Positions 30,807-43,979 of a DNA stretch of 64,000 bases are shown piece by piece. Both the position numbers and the translations under genes were made by a program. The notes under the pieces were generated by a model. The model was not told where the DNA came from, did not search any database, and worked only from the letters and a program-made list of their open reading frames with translations. Source of the DNA: Alphaproteobacteria bacterium (GTDB taxonomy: Bacteria > Pseudomonadota > Alphaproteobacteria > SP197); assembly GCA_965228895.1 (NCBI GenBank), contig OZ245842.1, forward strand, positions 4,736,001 to 4,800,000, given 5' to 3'. Each line of letters opens with the position of its first letter. Position 1 is the first letter of the stretch.

Positions 30807-30828
30807 GTTATTTCAATAACTTACGACA

Positions 30829-30858
30829 CCGCCGCCAGGGCCGTAAAACTGGCGGCGG
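30829..30858 (+). terminator. Hairpin between dnaA and dnaN
   Basis: ccgccgccag-N10-ctggcggcgg; no clear U tract. Confidence 0.4.
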
Positions 30859-30992
30859 GCGTCCTTGTCTGCTAATCTCATCTAATTGTTTCCGGCCCTG
30901 CCGTACGCTATCCGTTCGCGCCCAGTTTCGGGCGCAGCGAACGGGTGGTTTGCGGGCAGCGGCCAACCATTAGCAACGCGCAGGTTTGTCCC

Positions 30993-32111
30993 ATGAAGTT
31001 GACCATCGAGCGCGCCGTCCTGTTGAGGGCGCTGGCCCATGTGCAGAGTGTTGTCGAGCGGCGCAACACCATCCCGATCCTGTCGAATGTGCGGCTGGAG
31101 GCCGAGGACGGCAGTCTTCGCCTGACCGCCACCGACATGGATCTGGAGGTCGTTGAGGCCGTGCCGGCCGACTTGGCGGTCGCCGGCGCAACAACCGCCC
31201 CGGCCCATACGCTCTATGACATCTGCCGCAAGCTGCCGGAAGGCGCGGAGGTGGCGCTCGACACGACGGGCGACGCAGGCCGGCTCGATATCGCGTGCGG
31301 GCGCATCAACTTCCGCCTGCCCTGCCTGCCGCCCGAGGACTTCCCGGTCATGTCGGGCGGCGAATTCAGCCACCACTTCGCCCTGCCGGCCAGCGAGTTG
31401 CGCCGCCTGATCGACAAGACGCGGTTTGCCGTCTCGACCGAGGAGACCCGCTATTACCTGAACGGCATCTATCTGCACTGCGCCGAAGGTGAAGACGGCC
31501 AGGCCCTGCGCGCGGTCGCGACCGACGGCCACCGCCTGGCCAGGGTCGATTCCGACCTGCCGGACGGCGCCGACGGCATGCCGGGCGTGATCGTGCCGCG
31601 CAAGGCGATCGGCGAATTGAGGAAGCTGATCGACGAAATGGACGGCGCGGTCCAGATCGACATGTCGGATACCAAGATCCGCTACACGTTCGACACGGTC
31701 GTCCTGACCACCAAGCTGATCGACGGCACGTTCCCGGATTACGAACGGGTGATCCCGCAGAACAACGACAAGATGCTGGAGATCGACAGCCGGCCCTTTA
31801 TCGACGCCGTCGACCGCATGGCGGCGATCTCGACCGATAAGTCGCGCTCGATCAAGCTGGCGCTCGACAGTGACAAACTGATGCTCTCGGCCAACAGCCC
31901 GGACAGCGCATCGGGCGAGGAGGAATTGCCTGTCGAGTTTGCCGGGCCGGGCCTGGAGATCGGCTTCAACTCCCGCTATGTGCTTGATATGACGAGCCAT
32001 ATCGATGGCGAGCGGATCCAGTTTTCGATGGCTGACGCGGTATCGCCGACCATTGTGCGCGACACCAGCGACCCGACGACGCTCTTTGTGCTGATGCCGA
32101 TGCGGGTTTAG
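30993..32111 (+). CDS. dnaN: DNA polymerase III beta clamp
   Basis: RNTIPILSNV, ATDMD, ETRYYLNG, VATDGHRL, KLIDGTFPDY, VLMPMRV. Confidence 0.98.
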   Translation: MKLTIERAVLLRALAHVQSVVERRNTIPILSNVRLEAEDGSLRLTATDMDLEVVEAVPADLAVAGATTAPAHTLYDICRKLPEGAEVALDTTGDAGRLDIACGRINFRLPCLPPEDFPVMSGGEFSHHFALPASELRRLIDKTRFAVSTEETRYYLNGIYLHCAEGEDGQALRAVATDGHRLARVDSDLPDGADGMPGVIVPRKAIGELRKLIDEMDGAVQIDMSDTKIRYTFDTVVLTTKLIDGTFPDYERVIPQNNDKMLEIDSRPFIDAVDRMAAISTDKSRSIKLALDSDKLMLSANSPDSASGEEELPVEFAGPGLEIGFNSRYVLDMTSHIDGERIQFSMADAVSPTIVRDTSDPTTLFVLMPMRV

Positions 32112-32131
32112 GCAACGGCGCAGCGGACCTT

Positions 32132-35718
<3,587 letters not shown>

Positions 35719-35845
35719 GCGCTGCTTCGGCAAGCGCTTCGATGATCCGATCTGCGACGCCCGTCGGGTATGTCATCGAACCGCCTTCTTTTGCTCGTTT
35801 TTTCATGGACTTAGGTCCCAGCCGCAGCCCTTGATGATCTGATTG

Positions 35846-37936
35846 ATGGCCAAAAAGCCAACCAAAAAACCCGCCCGCGCCCGGCCCGCAACGTCGGCCA
35901 AGAAGAAGGCGCCGACGAAGAAGTCTGCGTCAAAGAAGGCCGCACCGAAAAAGGCGTCGGCGAAGAAGAAGGCGCCGCCGAAAAAGACTAGGAAACAGCG
36001 GTCTCTGCTTGGCCGCGTGCTGCGCGGTTTCCTGGTTGTCGGTATCTGGGGTGGGATCGCGTTCGCCTTGCTGATGGGCTGGTATGCGCTTGATCTGCCC
36101 AATCCCTCGACGCTGGCCACCGATCGCCGGCCGGGGGTTACCGTGGTCGCCGCCGACGGTACCGTGTTGGCCAACTATGGCGAACTGCACGGCAATGCCC
36201 TGCACTATGAAGACCTTCCCCAACATCTGATCGATGCGGTGATCGCGACCGAAGACCGGCGGTTCTTTGATCACATGGGTATCGATCCGATCGGCATCGC
36301 GCGCGCCATGGTCGCCAATATTCGCGCCGGTGGCATCGTCCAGGGCGGCAGCACGATCAGCCAGCAGGTGGCCAAGAACCTGTTCCTGACGCCGGAGCGC
36401 TCGTTCAAGCGTAAGGTTCAGGAAGCCATGCTGGCGATCTGGCTGGAGCGTCAGTTCACCAAGGAGCAGATCCTCGTCATTTATCTGAACCGGGTCTATC
36501 TGGGCGCCGGTGCCTTCGGCGTCGATGCCGCTGCCCAGCGCTATTTCGACAAACCGGCGGTCGAACTCAGCCTGGCCGAAGCGGCCATGATCGCCGGCCT
36601 TCTGAAGGCACCGTCGCGCCTGGCACCGATCAACGACTTGGAGGCTGCCCAGGCACGCGCCGCCATCGTGCTCAACCGCATGGTCGATACAGGGCGCCTG
36701 GATGAAGAAAGCGCGGCCATCGCCGAGGCCGAACCGGCGGAACCCGCAGCTCTTGTCAGCCATGGCGATGATGTGCGCTATGCGACCGACTGGGTGATGG
36801 CGCGCGCCGCCGACTATGTCGGCCCGGCCCGCGAGGATCTGATCATCGTGACGACGCTTGAGCCGTCAGCACAAAGCGCGGCGGAGGCCACGATTGTTGA
36901 AGTGTTAGCCGCCTCAGGCGACGAACGCGGCGTCAGTCAGGCGGCTCTGGTCGCCATGGCGCCCGACGGCGCGGTGCGCGCCATGGTCGGCGGCCTCGAC
37001 TACGGTACCAGCCAGTTCAACCGCACGACCCAGGCGCTGCGCCAGCCCGGTTCCGCGTTCAAACTCTTTGTCTATCTCGCGGCACTCGAAGCCGGCCGGC
37101 AGCCGAACGACTCCGTGTTCGATGGCCCGGTCGAGATCGAAGGCTGGAGCCCCGGCAACTTCGGCGGCGATTACGCCGGCCAGATGACGCTGCGCGAAGC
37201 CATCGCCCAGTCGGTCAACACGGTGGCCGCGCAAACCGCCTGGTCGACCGGCATGACCAACGTCGTCGCCATGGCCCATCGGCTGGGTATCAAGGCCGAC
37301 CTGCAGCCATTGCCCAGCCTGGCGCTTGGCACAGCCGAAGTGACCGCGCTCGAACTGACCGCCGCCTACGCGACGCTCGCCAACCAGGGCCGCGAAGTCT
37401 GGCCCTACGCGATCCAGGAGATCCGCACGCGTTCGGGCCAGGTGCTTTACAGCCGCTATGGTCTCTCCGGTAAACAGGTGCTGGAGCCGCAGACCGTCGC
37501 CGCGATGACCGACATGCTGACCGCCGTCGTGCAGAGCGGTACCGGCCGCGCCGCGCAACTGGACCGGCCCGTTGCCGGCAAGACCGGGACCTCCAGCGAC
37601 TTCCGCGATGCCTGGTTCATCGGTCTGACCCGCGACATGGTGGCCGGCGTATGGGTCGGCAACGATGACGGCTCGCCGACGAACAACGTCACCGGCGGTG
37701 GCATGCCGGCCCAGATCTGGGCCGGTTTCATGAACCGGAGCCTGACCGGCATGCCGTCGCGGCCCCTGGTCGATGCCTCGACGAGCGATGCCGCGTCCGA
37801 TGGTTTCGGAATTTTCGACAGCGGCGACGAAACAGCCGGAGAAACAGGCTTCAACGATGTCATGCAAGGCCTGTTCGACGAGCTCGCCGGCGGTGGAGCG
37901 ACCGATCCAGACCGCAACAGCACCAGGGATCGCTGA
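35846..37936 (+). CDS. Class A (PBP1A-family) transglycosylase-transpeptidase with Lys/Ala-rich N-terminal tail
   Basis: EDRRFFDH, QGGSTISQQ, RKVQE, YLNRVY; SAFK, SVN, KTG motifs. Confidence 0.92.
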   Translation: MAKKPTKKPARARPATSAKKKAPTKKSASKKAAPKKASAKKKAPPKKTRKQRSLLGRVLRGFLVVGIWGGIAFALLMGWYALDLPNPSTLATDRRPGVTVVAADGTVLANYGELHGNALHYEDLPQHLIDAVIATEDRRFFDHMGIDPIGIARAMVANIRAGGIVQGGSTISQQVAKNLFLTPERSFKRKVQEAMLAIWLERQFTKEQILVIYLNRVYLGAGAFGVDAAAQRYFDKPAVELSLAEAAMIAGLLKAPSRLAPINDLEAAQARAAIVLNRMVDTGRLDEESAAIAEAEPAEPAALVSHGDDVRYATDWVMARAADYVGPAREDLIIVTTLEPSAQSAAEATIVEVLAASGDERGVSQAALVAMAPDGAVRAMVGGLDYGTSQFNRTTQALRQPGSAFKLFVYLAALEAGRQPNDSVFDGPVEIEGWSPGNFGGDYAGQMTLREAIAQSVNTVAAQTAWSTGMTNVVAMAHRLGIKADLQPLPSLALGTAEVTALELTAAYATLANQGREVWPYAIQEIRTRSGQVLYSRYGLSGKQVLEPQTVAAMTDMLTAVVQSGTGRAAQLDRPVAGKTGTSSDFRDAWFIGLTRDMVAGVWVGNDDGSPTNNVTGGGMPAQIWAGFMNRSLTGMPSRPLVDASTSDAASDGFGIFDSGDETAGETGFNDVMQGLFDELAGGGATDPDRNSTRDR

Positions 37937-38066
37937 CTAGGGCATTTTCCGTTTGCACTGGCTCGGCGCCGGCCCGCTACCCCTCCCGGCCACCCCTAGG
38001 ATACTGCCATGGGTGGCCGGGAGGGGGAGCGGGCTGGTGATGCGACTTGATCGGAAAATGCTCTAG
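37937..38066. repeat. Composite element: CTAG-ended 15-bp terminal inverted repeats enclosing REP-like hairpin copy C (37969-38037)
   Basis: ctagggcattttccg ... cggaaaatgctctag flanking ccggcccgctacccctcccggccaccc-ctaggatactgccat-gggtggccgggagggggagcgggctgg. Confidence 0.85.
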
Positions 38067-39373
38067 GCGTCGTCGCCGTCGATCAGATGCAGGAACGATC
38101 CGGCGACGCTGCCGACACCTGAACCGGTTTCACCACGACCCATGCACCGCGCATCGTTAACCGCAAAGAGCGGATCGCCGCCGCTTTTGATTTCGGCGGC
38201 ATAGTGAAACTCGTGCCCCCGGAACCGTCCGCCGGCCGGTCCAAGCGGGCATATCGAGAGCAGTTCGAGCCGGCGATAACCCAGGTGAAGCCGCGGCGCA
38301 GCGAACGACGTCGCCACCGGCAGCAGACCGGCCATCGCGTGGGCCTTGCCGTTGCCATCGGTCAGTGTCTCGCCCAAGACCATGAAGCCGCCGCACTCGC
38401 CGAACACGAAGGCCCGTCGTTCGGCCGCATCCTTAAGCCCGCCCAGGAAGCTGCTGTTGGCAGCAAGGCGTGCGCCATGCAGTTCCGGATAGCCGCCGGG
38501 CAGATAGACCGCGTCGCAGGCGGGATCGGGCGCTTCATCGGCCAGCGGCGAGAAGAACGTCAAATCCGCCCCAACGCGCCGCCATCCGGCGAGCACGCTG
38601 GGATAGGCAAAGGCAAACGCCTCGTCGTGAGCAACCGCGATGCGCTGACCCAGCGGCGGCAAGATAGTGGTGTCGACGGTATCCGTTTCCAACGCCGGCC
38701 GTGCTGCAAGGCCCATGAGTGCCTCCAGGTCGACGGCGTCCGCGATGATGTCAGCGGCTACGTTCAAGAATCGTTCGAGGTCGCCATGCTCGCCTGCCTG
38801 AACCAAGCCGAGATGACGTTCGGGGAGCTCAAGGCGCCGATCGCGCGGCACCGCACCGAGGATCGGCATGCGATCGCCGACCGCTTCGCGCAGCAATTCC
38901 GCATGGCTGTCACCACCGACACGGTTGAAGATGACCCCGGCGATCTGGACATCGCTGCGATGACCGACAAATCCGGCCAGCGTCGCGGCGGCCGAAGCGG
39001 CCTGACCGCGCACATCCATCACCAGGACAACCGGCCAGCCGAACTGGGCCGCCAGGTCGGCGGTCGACCCGGTGCCGTCAAGCGCGCTATCGAACAGGCC
39101 CATGACACCTTCGCCGACGACAATGTCGGCATCGTCAGACAGCCGGTGCGCCTCGGCCTGCAACGTCGTGGCGCGCATCGCCCACGGATCGAGGTTGGGC
39201 GCCGGTCTGCCGGTCGCAGCTGCGTGAAAAGCCGGATCGATGTAGTCAGGCCCGGTCTTGAACGAACGCACGTTGATGCCGCGCCGTTTTAGCGCGCGCA
39301 GGATGGCAAGCGTCAGGATGGTCTTGCCCGAGCCCGATGCCGGGGCGGCAATGATCAGGCCCGGTGCGATCAA
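38063..39373 (-). CDS. cobB: (Hydrogeno)cobyrinate a,c-diamide synthase
   Basis: SGSGKT, FKTGPDYID, GEGVMGLFD, PERHLGL, GGYPE, GECGGFM, GHEFH. Confidence 0.94.
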   Translation of the reverse strand: MIAPGLIIAAPASGSGKTILTLAILRALKRRGINVRSFKTGPDYIDPAFHAAATGRPAPNLDPWAMRATTLQAEAHRLSDDADIVVGEGVMGLFDSALDGTGSTADLAAQFGWPVVLVMDVRGQAASAAATLAGFVGHRSDVQIAGVIFNRVGGDSHAELLREAVGDRMPILGAVPRDRRLELPERHLGLVQAGEHGDLERFLNVAADIIADAVDLEALMGLAARPALETDTVDTTILPPLGQRIAVAHDEAFAFAYPSVLAGWRRVGADLTFFSPLADEAPDPACDAVYLPGGYPELHGARLAANSSFLGGLKDAAERRAFVFGECGGFMVLGETLTDGNGKAHAMAGLLPVATSFAAPRLHLGYRRLELLSICPLGPAGGRFRGHEFHYAAEIKSGGDPLFAVNDARCMGRGETGSGVGSVAGSFLHLIDGDDA

Positions 39374-39382
39374 GAAACGCCC

Positions 39383-40237
39383 TCAGCCGACGCGGCGGTC
39401 GGCCTTCAGCCCCAGGGGATCGGATTTGAGCACGCGGCCGTCCAGCGCGCCGAGCCAGTCGAGCCCGTCGCGCAACCGCACGATATCGCCGATGGCGACG
39501 ATCGCCGGCGCCTCGATGCCGTTCGCCACAACATCATCGGCGGCATCGGAAAGCCGGGTCTCAAGGACGCGTTGGTCGGCCGTCGAGGCGTTCGACACGA
39601 CCGCAACCGGCGTATTGGCCTCCAGACCCCCGATCATCAGCGCACCGGCAATATGGTCGAGGTGCTTCAGCGCCATATAGAGCACGATGGCGCCGGAGCC
39701 CCGGGCAAGCGCCGCCCAGTCGATCGTGTCGGGAACATCGCCGCCGGCAGCATGGCCGGTGACGAAGGTGACGGTGTGGTTGGTGTCGCGATGGGTGGTC
39801 GGAATGCCGGCGTAGCCCAGACCGCCGATACCGGCGGTGATGCCCGGCACGATCCGGAACGGGACTTCCGCCGCGACCAGGGCCAGCGCTTCTTCACCGC
39901 CGCGCCCAAAGACCAGGGGATCGCCACCCTTCAGCCGCAGCACCCGTTTGCCTTGGCGCGCCAATTGGATCAGCCGGTTGGAGATATCCGGCTGCTTGGG
40001 CGACGGTTTGCCGCCACGCTTGCCGGCATAGATCAGTTCGGCCTCGGGCCGCGCCATGGCCAGGATCCGGTCATCGACCAGCGCGTCATAGACGACGACA
40101 TCGGCCTCGCGCAGACCGTGATGGGCGAGCAGCGTGATCAGGCCGGGATCGCCTGGACCGGCGCCAACAAGCCAGACCCAGCCAGGCTCAAACGCCGGCA
40201 GATCAAGCTGAGGACGGGTTTCGGACGCTCCGGTCAT
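39383..40237 (-). CDS. cobA: Uroporphyrinogen-III C-methyltransferase
   Basis: VGAGPGDPGLIT, YDALV, RLKGGDP, PGITAG, THR, VTGH. Confidence 0.93.
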   Translation of the reverse strand: MTGASETRPQLDLPAFEPGWVWLVGAGPGDPGLITLLAHHGLREADVVVYDALVDDRILAMARPEAELIYAGKRGGKPSPKQPDISNRLIQLARQGKRVLRLKGGDPLVFGRGGEEALALVAAEVPFRIVPGITAGIGGLGYAGIPTTHRDTNHTVTFVTGHAAGGDVPDTIDWAALARGSGAIVLYMALKHLDHIAGALMIGGLEANTPVAVVSNASTADQRVLETRLSDAADDVVANGIEAPAIVAIGDIVRLRDGLDWLGALDGRVLKSDPLGLKADRRVG

Positions 40238-40340
40238 ACGCGGCAACCTACTACGGGCGCTGGTCGAAGCCTAGATATGCTGTCTCTCCCGCTTCCCGCA
40301 AGCGGTTCCACCTCACCACGACCCGCACTAGGATCGCGCC

Positions 40341-41426
40341 ATGCGTGATAAACCGGATCGTCCCTTAAGGCGCGGCTGGACCACCGGCGCCTGCGCGACG
40401 GCGGCGACGGCGGCGGCCTATGGCGCACTGGTGACCAGCAAGTTCTGCGATCCCGTCGTCATCACACTGCCCAAGGGCGAGCAGCCGAGCTTCGCGCTTA
40501 AACGCAAGGAACGGACGGAGCAGAGCGCGACCGCTTCGGTCATCAAGGACGCCGGCGACGACCCCGACGTCACCCACGGTGCGGAGATCGTCGTGACCGT
40601 CTCCCCAGGCGAACCCGGCACCGGCGTCACCTTTCTGGCCGGACCGGGCGTCGGGACCATCACCAAGCCGGGTCTGCCCTTGCCGCCCAACGAGCCGGCG
40701 ATCAACCCGAAACCGCGCGAGATGATGCGCCAGACCATCGCCGATCTTGCCGAACGCCTGGGCGGTCCCGACGACATCACGATCGAAGTCGCGGTGCCGG
40801 GCGGCGAGGCGCTGGCCGCGCAGACCTGGAACCCCAGGCTCGGCATTGTCGGCGGCATTTCGATCCTGGGGACGACGGGCATCGTCATCCCCTATTCGTG
40901 CTCGGCCTGGATCCACTCGATCCACCGCGGTATCGATGTGGCGCGCGCCACGGGCATCGATCATGTCGCCGGCGCGACCGGCAAAGTTTCCGAAGCCACG
41001 GTCCAGGCGCGCTACGGCCTCGACGAGAGCGCGCTGATCGACATGGGCGACTTTGCCGGCGGCATGCTGAAGTATCTGCGCAACCATCCCGTCGCCAGAG
41101 TCACCATCGCCGGCGGTTTCGCGAAGCTGGCCAAGCTGGCCGACGGCCATCTCGATCTCCACTCCAGCCGCAGCCAGGTCAATATCGCCGGGCTCGCAGC
41201 GTGTCTCGCAAACCTGGGCGCTTCCGCCCAGACCGTCGAGCGGGCCAGAAACGCCCATATGGCCGGCGAGGTCCTGCAGATCGCGGCCGAGAACGCGCTG
41301 CCGATCGCCGACGTGATCGCCGGGCGAGCCCGGCAGACGGCGTTGGCGACACTCTCCGGCGGCATCGCCGTCGACGTGCTGGTTGTCGACCGCCAGGGCG
41401 CGGTGATCGGCGAAGCCGGTGGCTGA
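40341..41426 (+). CDS. cbiD: Cobalt-precorrin-5B C1-methyltransferase
   Basis: LRRGWTTGACA, KDAGDDPDVTHG, AINP, NPRLGIVGGISILGTTG, DLHS. Confidence 0.95.
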   Translation: MRDKPDRPLRRGWTTGACATAATAAAYGALVTSKFCDPVVITLPKGEQPSFALKRKERTEQSATASVIKDAGDDPDVTHGAEIVVTVSPGEPGTGVTFLAGPGVGTITKPGLPLPPNEPAINPKPREMMRQTIADLAERLGGPDDITIEVAVPGGEALAAQTWNPRLGIVGGISILGTTGIVIPYSCSAWIHSIHRGIDVARATGIDHVAGATGKVSEATVQARYGLDESALIDMGDFAGGMLKYLRNHPVARVTIAGGFAKLAKLADGHLDLHSSRSQVNIAGLAACLANLGASAQTVERARNAHMAGEVLQIAAENALPIADVIAGRARQTALATLSGGIAVDVLVVDRQGAVIGEAGG

Positions 41427-42168
41427 ACGGCTGCTGATCCTGGGCGGGACCGGCGAGGCGGTCGCCCTCGCCGAAACGCTCACCGAGGCCCTGCCGGAGC
41501 TTCATCTCATCACCTCGCTTGCCGGCGTCACGCGCTCGCCCCGAGCCGTCCCGGGTGAGATTCGCACCGGCGGATTTGGCGGTGTTCCAGGCCTCAAAGA
41601 TTATCTATCGGACATGCATATAAAGTACCTCGTCGACGCGACGCATCCGTTCGCCGCCCAGATCGCCGCCCACGCGGCGCGCGCCTGCAGCGACCTCCAC
41701 ATACCCCGCCTCAAGCTGCTTCGCCCGATGTGGCAACGCACGCCGGAGGATATCTGGGTCGAGGTGGCCGACGCCGGGGAAGCCGCCGTGGCATTGCGAC
41801 AACGAGGCGCCAAGTCGGTCTTTCTGACGCTTGGCATCCGCGATCTCGACCGGTTTGCCGGGCTCGACGACGTGCGGTTCGTCGTTCGTCTGATCGAACG
41901 GCCGGTGGCGCCTCTGCCCATACCCGCCACGATTGTCACCGGTCGCGGCCCGTTCCAGGCAGACGACGAACAAGACCTGATGATCCGCGAAGCGATCGAC
42001 ATGGTCGTCGCGAAAGCCAGCGGCGGTAAGGCGACCGAAGGCAAGATTCTGGCGGCCCGCGCGCTTGGCCTGCCGGTCATCATGATCACCCGCCCCCGAC
42101 CGCCCGACGGCCCGTCGGTTGATAGCATCGACGACGTGCTCAACTGGCTCGCCGATCACATGACATAG
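41419..42168 (+). CDS. cobK: Precorrin-6A reductase
   Basis: LILGGTGEA, GGFGG, DATHPFA, RGPF, AKASGG. Confidence 0.93.
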   Translation: MAERLLILGGTGEAVALAETLTEALPELHLITSLAGVTRSPRAVPGEIRTGGFGGVPGLKDYLSDMHIKYLVDATHPFAAQIAAHAARACSDLHIPRLKLLRPMWQRTPEDIWVEVADAGEAAVALRQRGAKSVFLTLGIRDLDRFAGLDDVRFVVRLIERPVAPLPIPATIVTGRGPFQADDEQDLMIREAIDMVVAKASGGKATEGKILAARALGLPVIMITRPRPPDGPSVDSIDDVLNWLADHMT

Positions 42169-42230
42169 AGCCGAAGACCGCCCTAGGATGGTCACAGGCG
42201 ACGCTTGTGCGATGCCATGAGGAGGACGAT

Positions 42231-43979
42231 TTGGAACGCAGGCTTGCCGCCATCCTGGCCGCCGACGTGGTCGGCTATGCCCACCGGGTGGAATCCGATG
42301 AGGCCACCACGCAGGCCACATTGGCGGCGCATCGCTCGGAGCTCATCGAGCCAATGGTCTTGCACCATGGCGGTCGCGTCATGAAACAGACGGGCGCCGG
42401 CGTCGTGATCGCGTTTCCGAACGTTGTTGACGCCGTCTCCACCGCCGTGAGCGTGCAGCGAGGTATGGTCAGGCGCAACGCGGGGCTGCCAAAAAGCGCA
42501 CGCATGGACCTCAGGATCGGCATTGACCTGGCCGACGTTTCCGCCAGCGACGACACCTTGCGTGGTGATGTTATCAAGGTCGCCAAGCGTTTGGAGGCGT
42601 TGGCCGAGCCTGGCGGCATTTGTGTTTCCGGCACGGTCTACACGCAAATTGCAGGCAAACTTAATCACCGTTTCATCGACGGTGGCGAACGATCCGTCGC
42701 GCCCTTGCCCGGCCCGGTTCAGCTCTGGCACTGGTCCGATGACATCGCGACGTCAACCGACAAGGCCCTGCCGTTGGCGTTGCCGGACAAGCCGTCGATC
42801 GCCGTCCTGCCCTTCACCAACCGCTCGGGCGATCCCGGGCAGGCATTCTTCGCCGACGGCGTTGCCGAGGACATCATTACCGCACTCAGCCGATATCGAG
42901 GGCTCTTTGTCATCGCCCGCAGTTCTTCCTTCGCCTACCAGGGCACAAGCCCGAAGATCTGGGACGTCGGTCGTGAACTCGGCATCGCCTATGTTGTCGA
43001 GGGCGGCGTCAAACGCGATGGTGACGAGGTCGCGGTCAATGCTCAGATGATCGACACGCGCACCGGCAATCAGGTCTGGAGCGCGCGCCACGACGGCGTT
43101 TTTGAAGACATTTTCGCAATCGAAAGCGAGATCGTGGAAGCCATTGCAACGGCGCTGTCGGTGGCGGTGGATGCGCGCTCACAGGTCGGCGCCGTCCCGC
43201 GACCGGTCGGGAACATGAAGGCCTATGAGCAGGTCTTGCACGCACGTTGGCTTCGGTACCGTGACCAGGAAAATGTCGCGCCCATCATCGAGCTGCTCGA
43301 AAAGGCTCTCGCGCTGGAGCCCGACTGTGCCCAAGCCCTCGCCTTGCTGGCGGATGTCTATGCGTCCAGCATCTTTGCTCCGACCGTGTTTCTGGATCGA
43401 CCGGCGGAACAGGCCCGCTACTATGCCCAGAAGGCCCTGGAAGCCGATGCTAAAGACGCCTTCGTCCAAGCCATTGCCGCCATTACCTACTCCGTCCTTG
43501 GTGCGTTCGATCTTGCCGAAACCCATTCCAGCGATGCCGTCGTGCTTAACCCCAACGATTATCTTGCCGTCTATGCCCGCGGCACCACGCTGACCTATGC
43601 CGGTCACATGAACGCCGGTCTGATGTGGTTGGAAAAAGCGATGCGTCTTGATCCCCACGCCGCGCACCAGGACCTGGAGGTTGTCGTCGAATGTCACTAC
43701 ATGCGCCACGCCTATCTTGACGCGATCAAGACGTTCAAGCGGTGGCAAAGCGCGCCGCTCTATATGTACGACGTGCTGGCGGTCTGTTACGCGCAGCTCG
43801 GGAAGCTGCAAGATGCCGCGGATGCGCGCGATATCTGGTTGAGTGACCAGCCCGACGGCTACAACTTCAAAAACACGCTGGAAACGCACATGAACATGTG
43901 CAAACGCCAGGAAGACCGGGACCACTGGCTTGAGGGCTACCGCAAAGCCGGCCTGTTGCATGAAACGTCCGCGCCTTAG
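42231..43979 (+). CDS. Class III cyclase-like / TolB-N / TPR protein (catalytic motifs degenerate)
   Basis: ERRLAAILAADVVGY, RLEALAEPGGICVS, LPDKPSIAVLPF, FVIARSSSF, TPR-like helices; GGAGGA RBS before TTG. Confidence 0.85.
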   Translation: MERRLAAILAADVVGYAHRVESDEATTQATLAAHRSELIEPMVLHHGGRVMKQTGAGVVIAFPNVVDAVSTAVSVQRGMVRRNAGLPKSARMDLRIGIDLADVSASDDTLRGDVIKVAKRLEALAEPGGICVSGTVYTQIAGKLNHRFIDGGERSVAPLPGPVQLWHWSDDIATSTDKALPLALPDKPSIAVLPFTNRSGDPGQAFFADGVAEDIITALSRYRGLFVIARSSSFAYQGTSPKIWDVGRELGIAYVVEGGVKRDGDEVAVNAQMIDTRTGNQVWSARHDGVFEDIFAIESEIVEAIATALSVAVDARSQVGAVPRPVGNMKAYEQVLHARWLRYRDQENVAPIIELLEKALALEPDCAQALALLADVYASSIFAPTVFLDRPAEQARYYAQKALEADAKDAFVQAIAAITYSVLGAFDLAETHSSDAVVLNPNDYLAVYARGTTLTYAGHMNAGLMWLEKAMRLDPHAAHQDLEVVVECHYMRHAYLDAIKTFKRWQSAPLYMYDVLAVCYAQLGKLQDAADARDIWLSDQPDGYNFKNTLETHMNMCKRQEDRDHWLEGYRKAGLLHETSAP

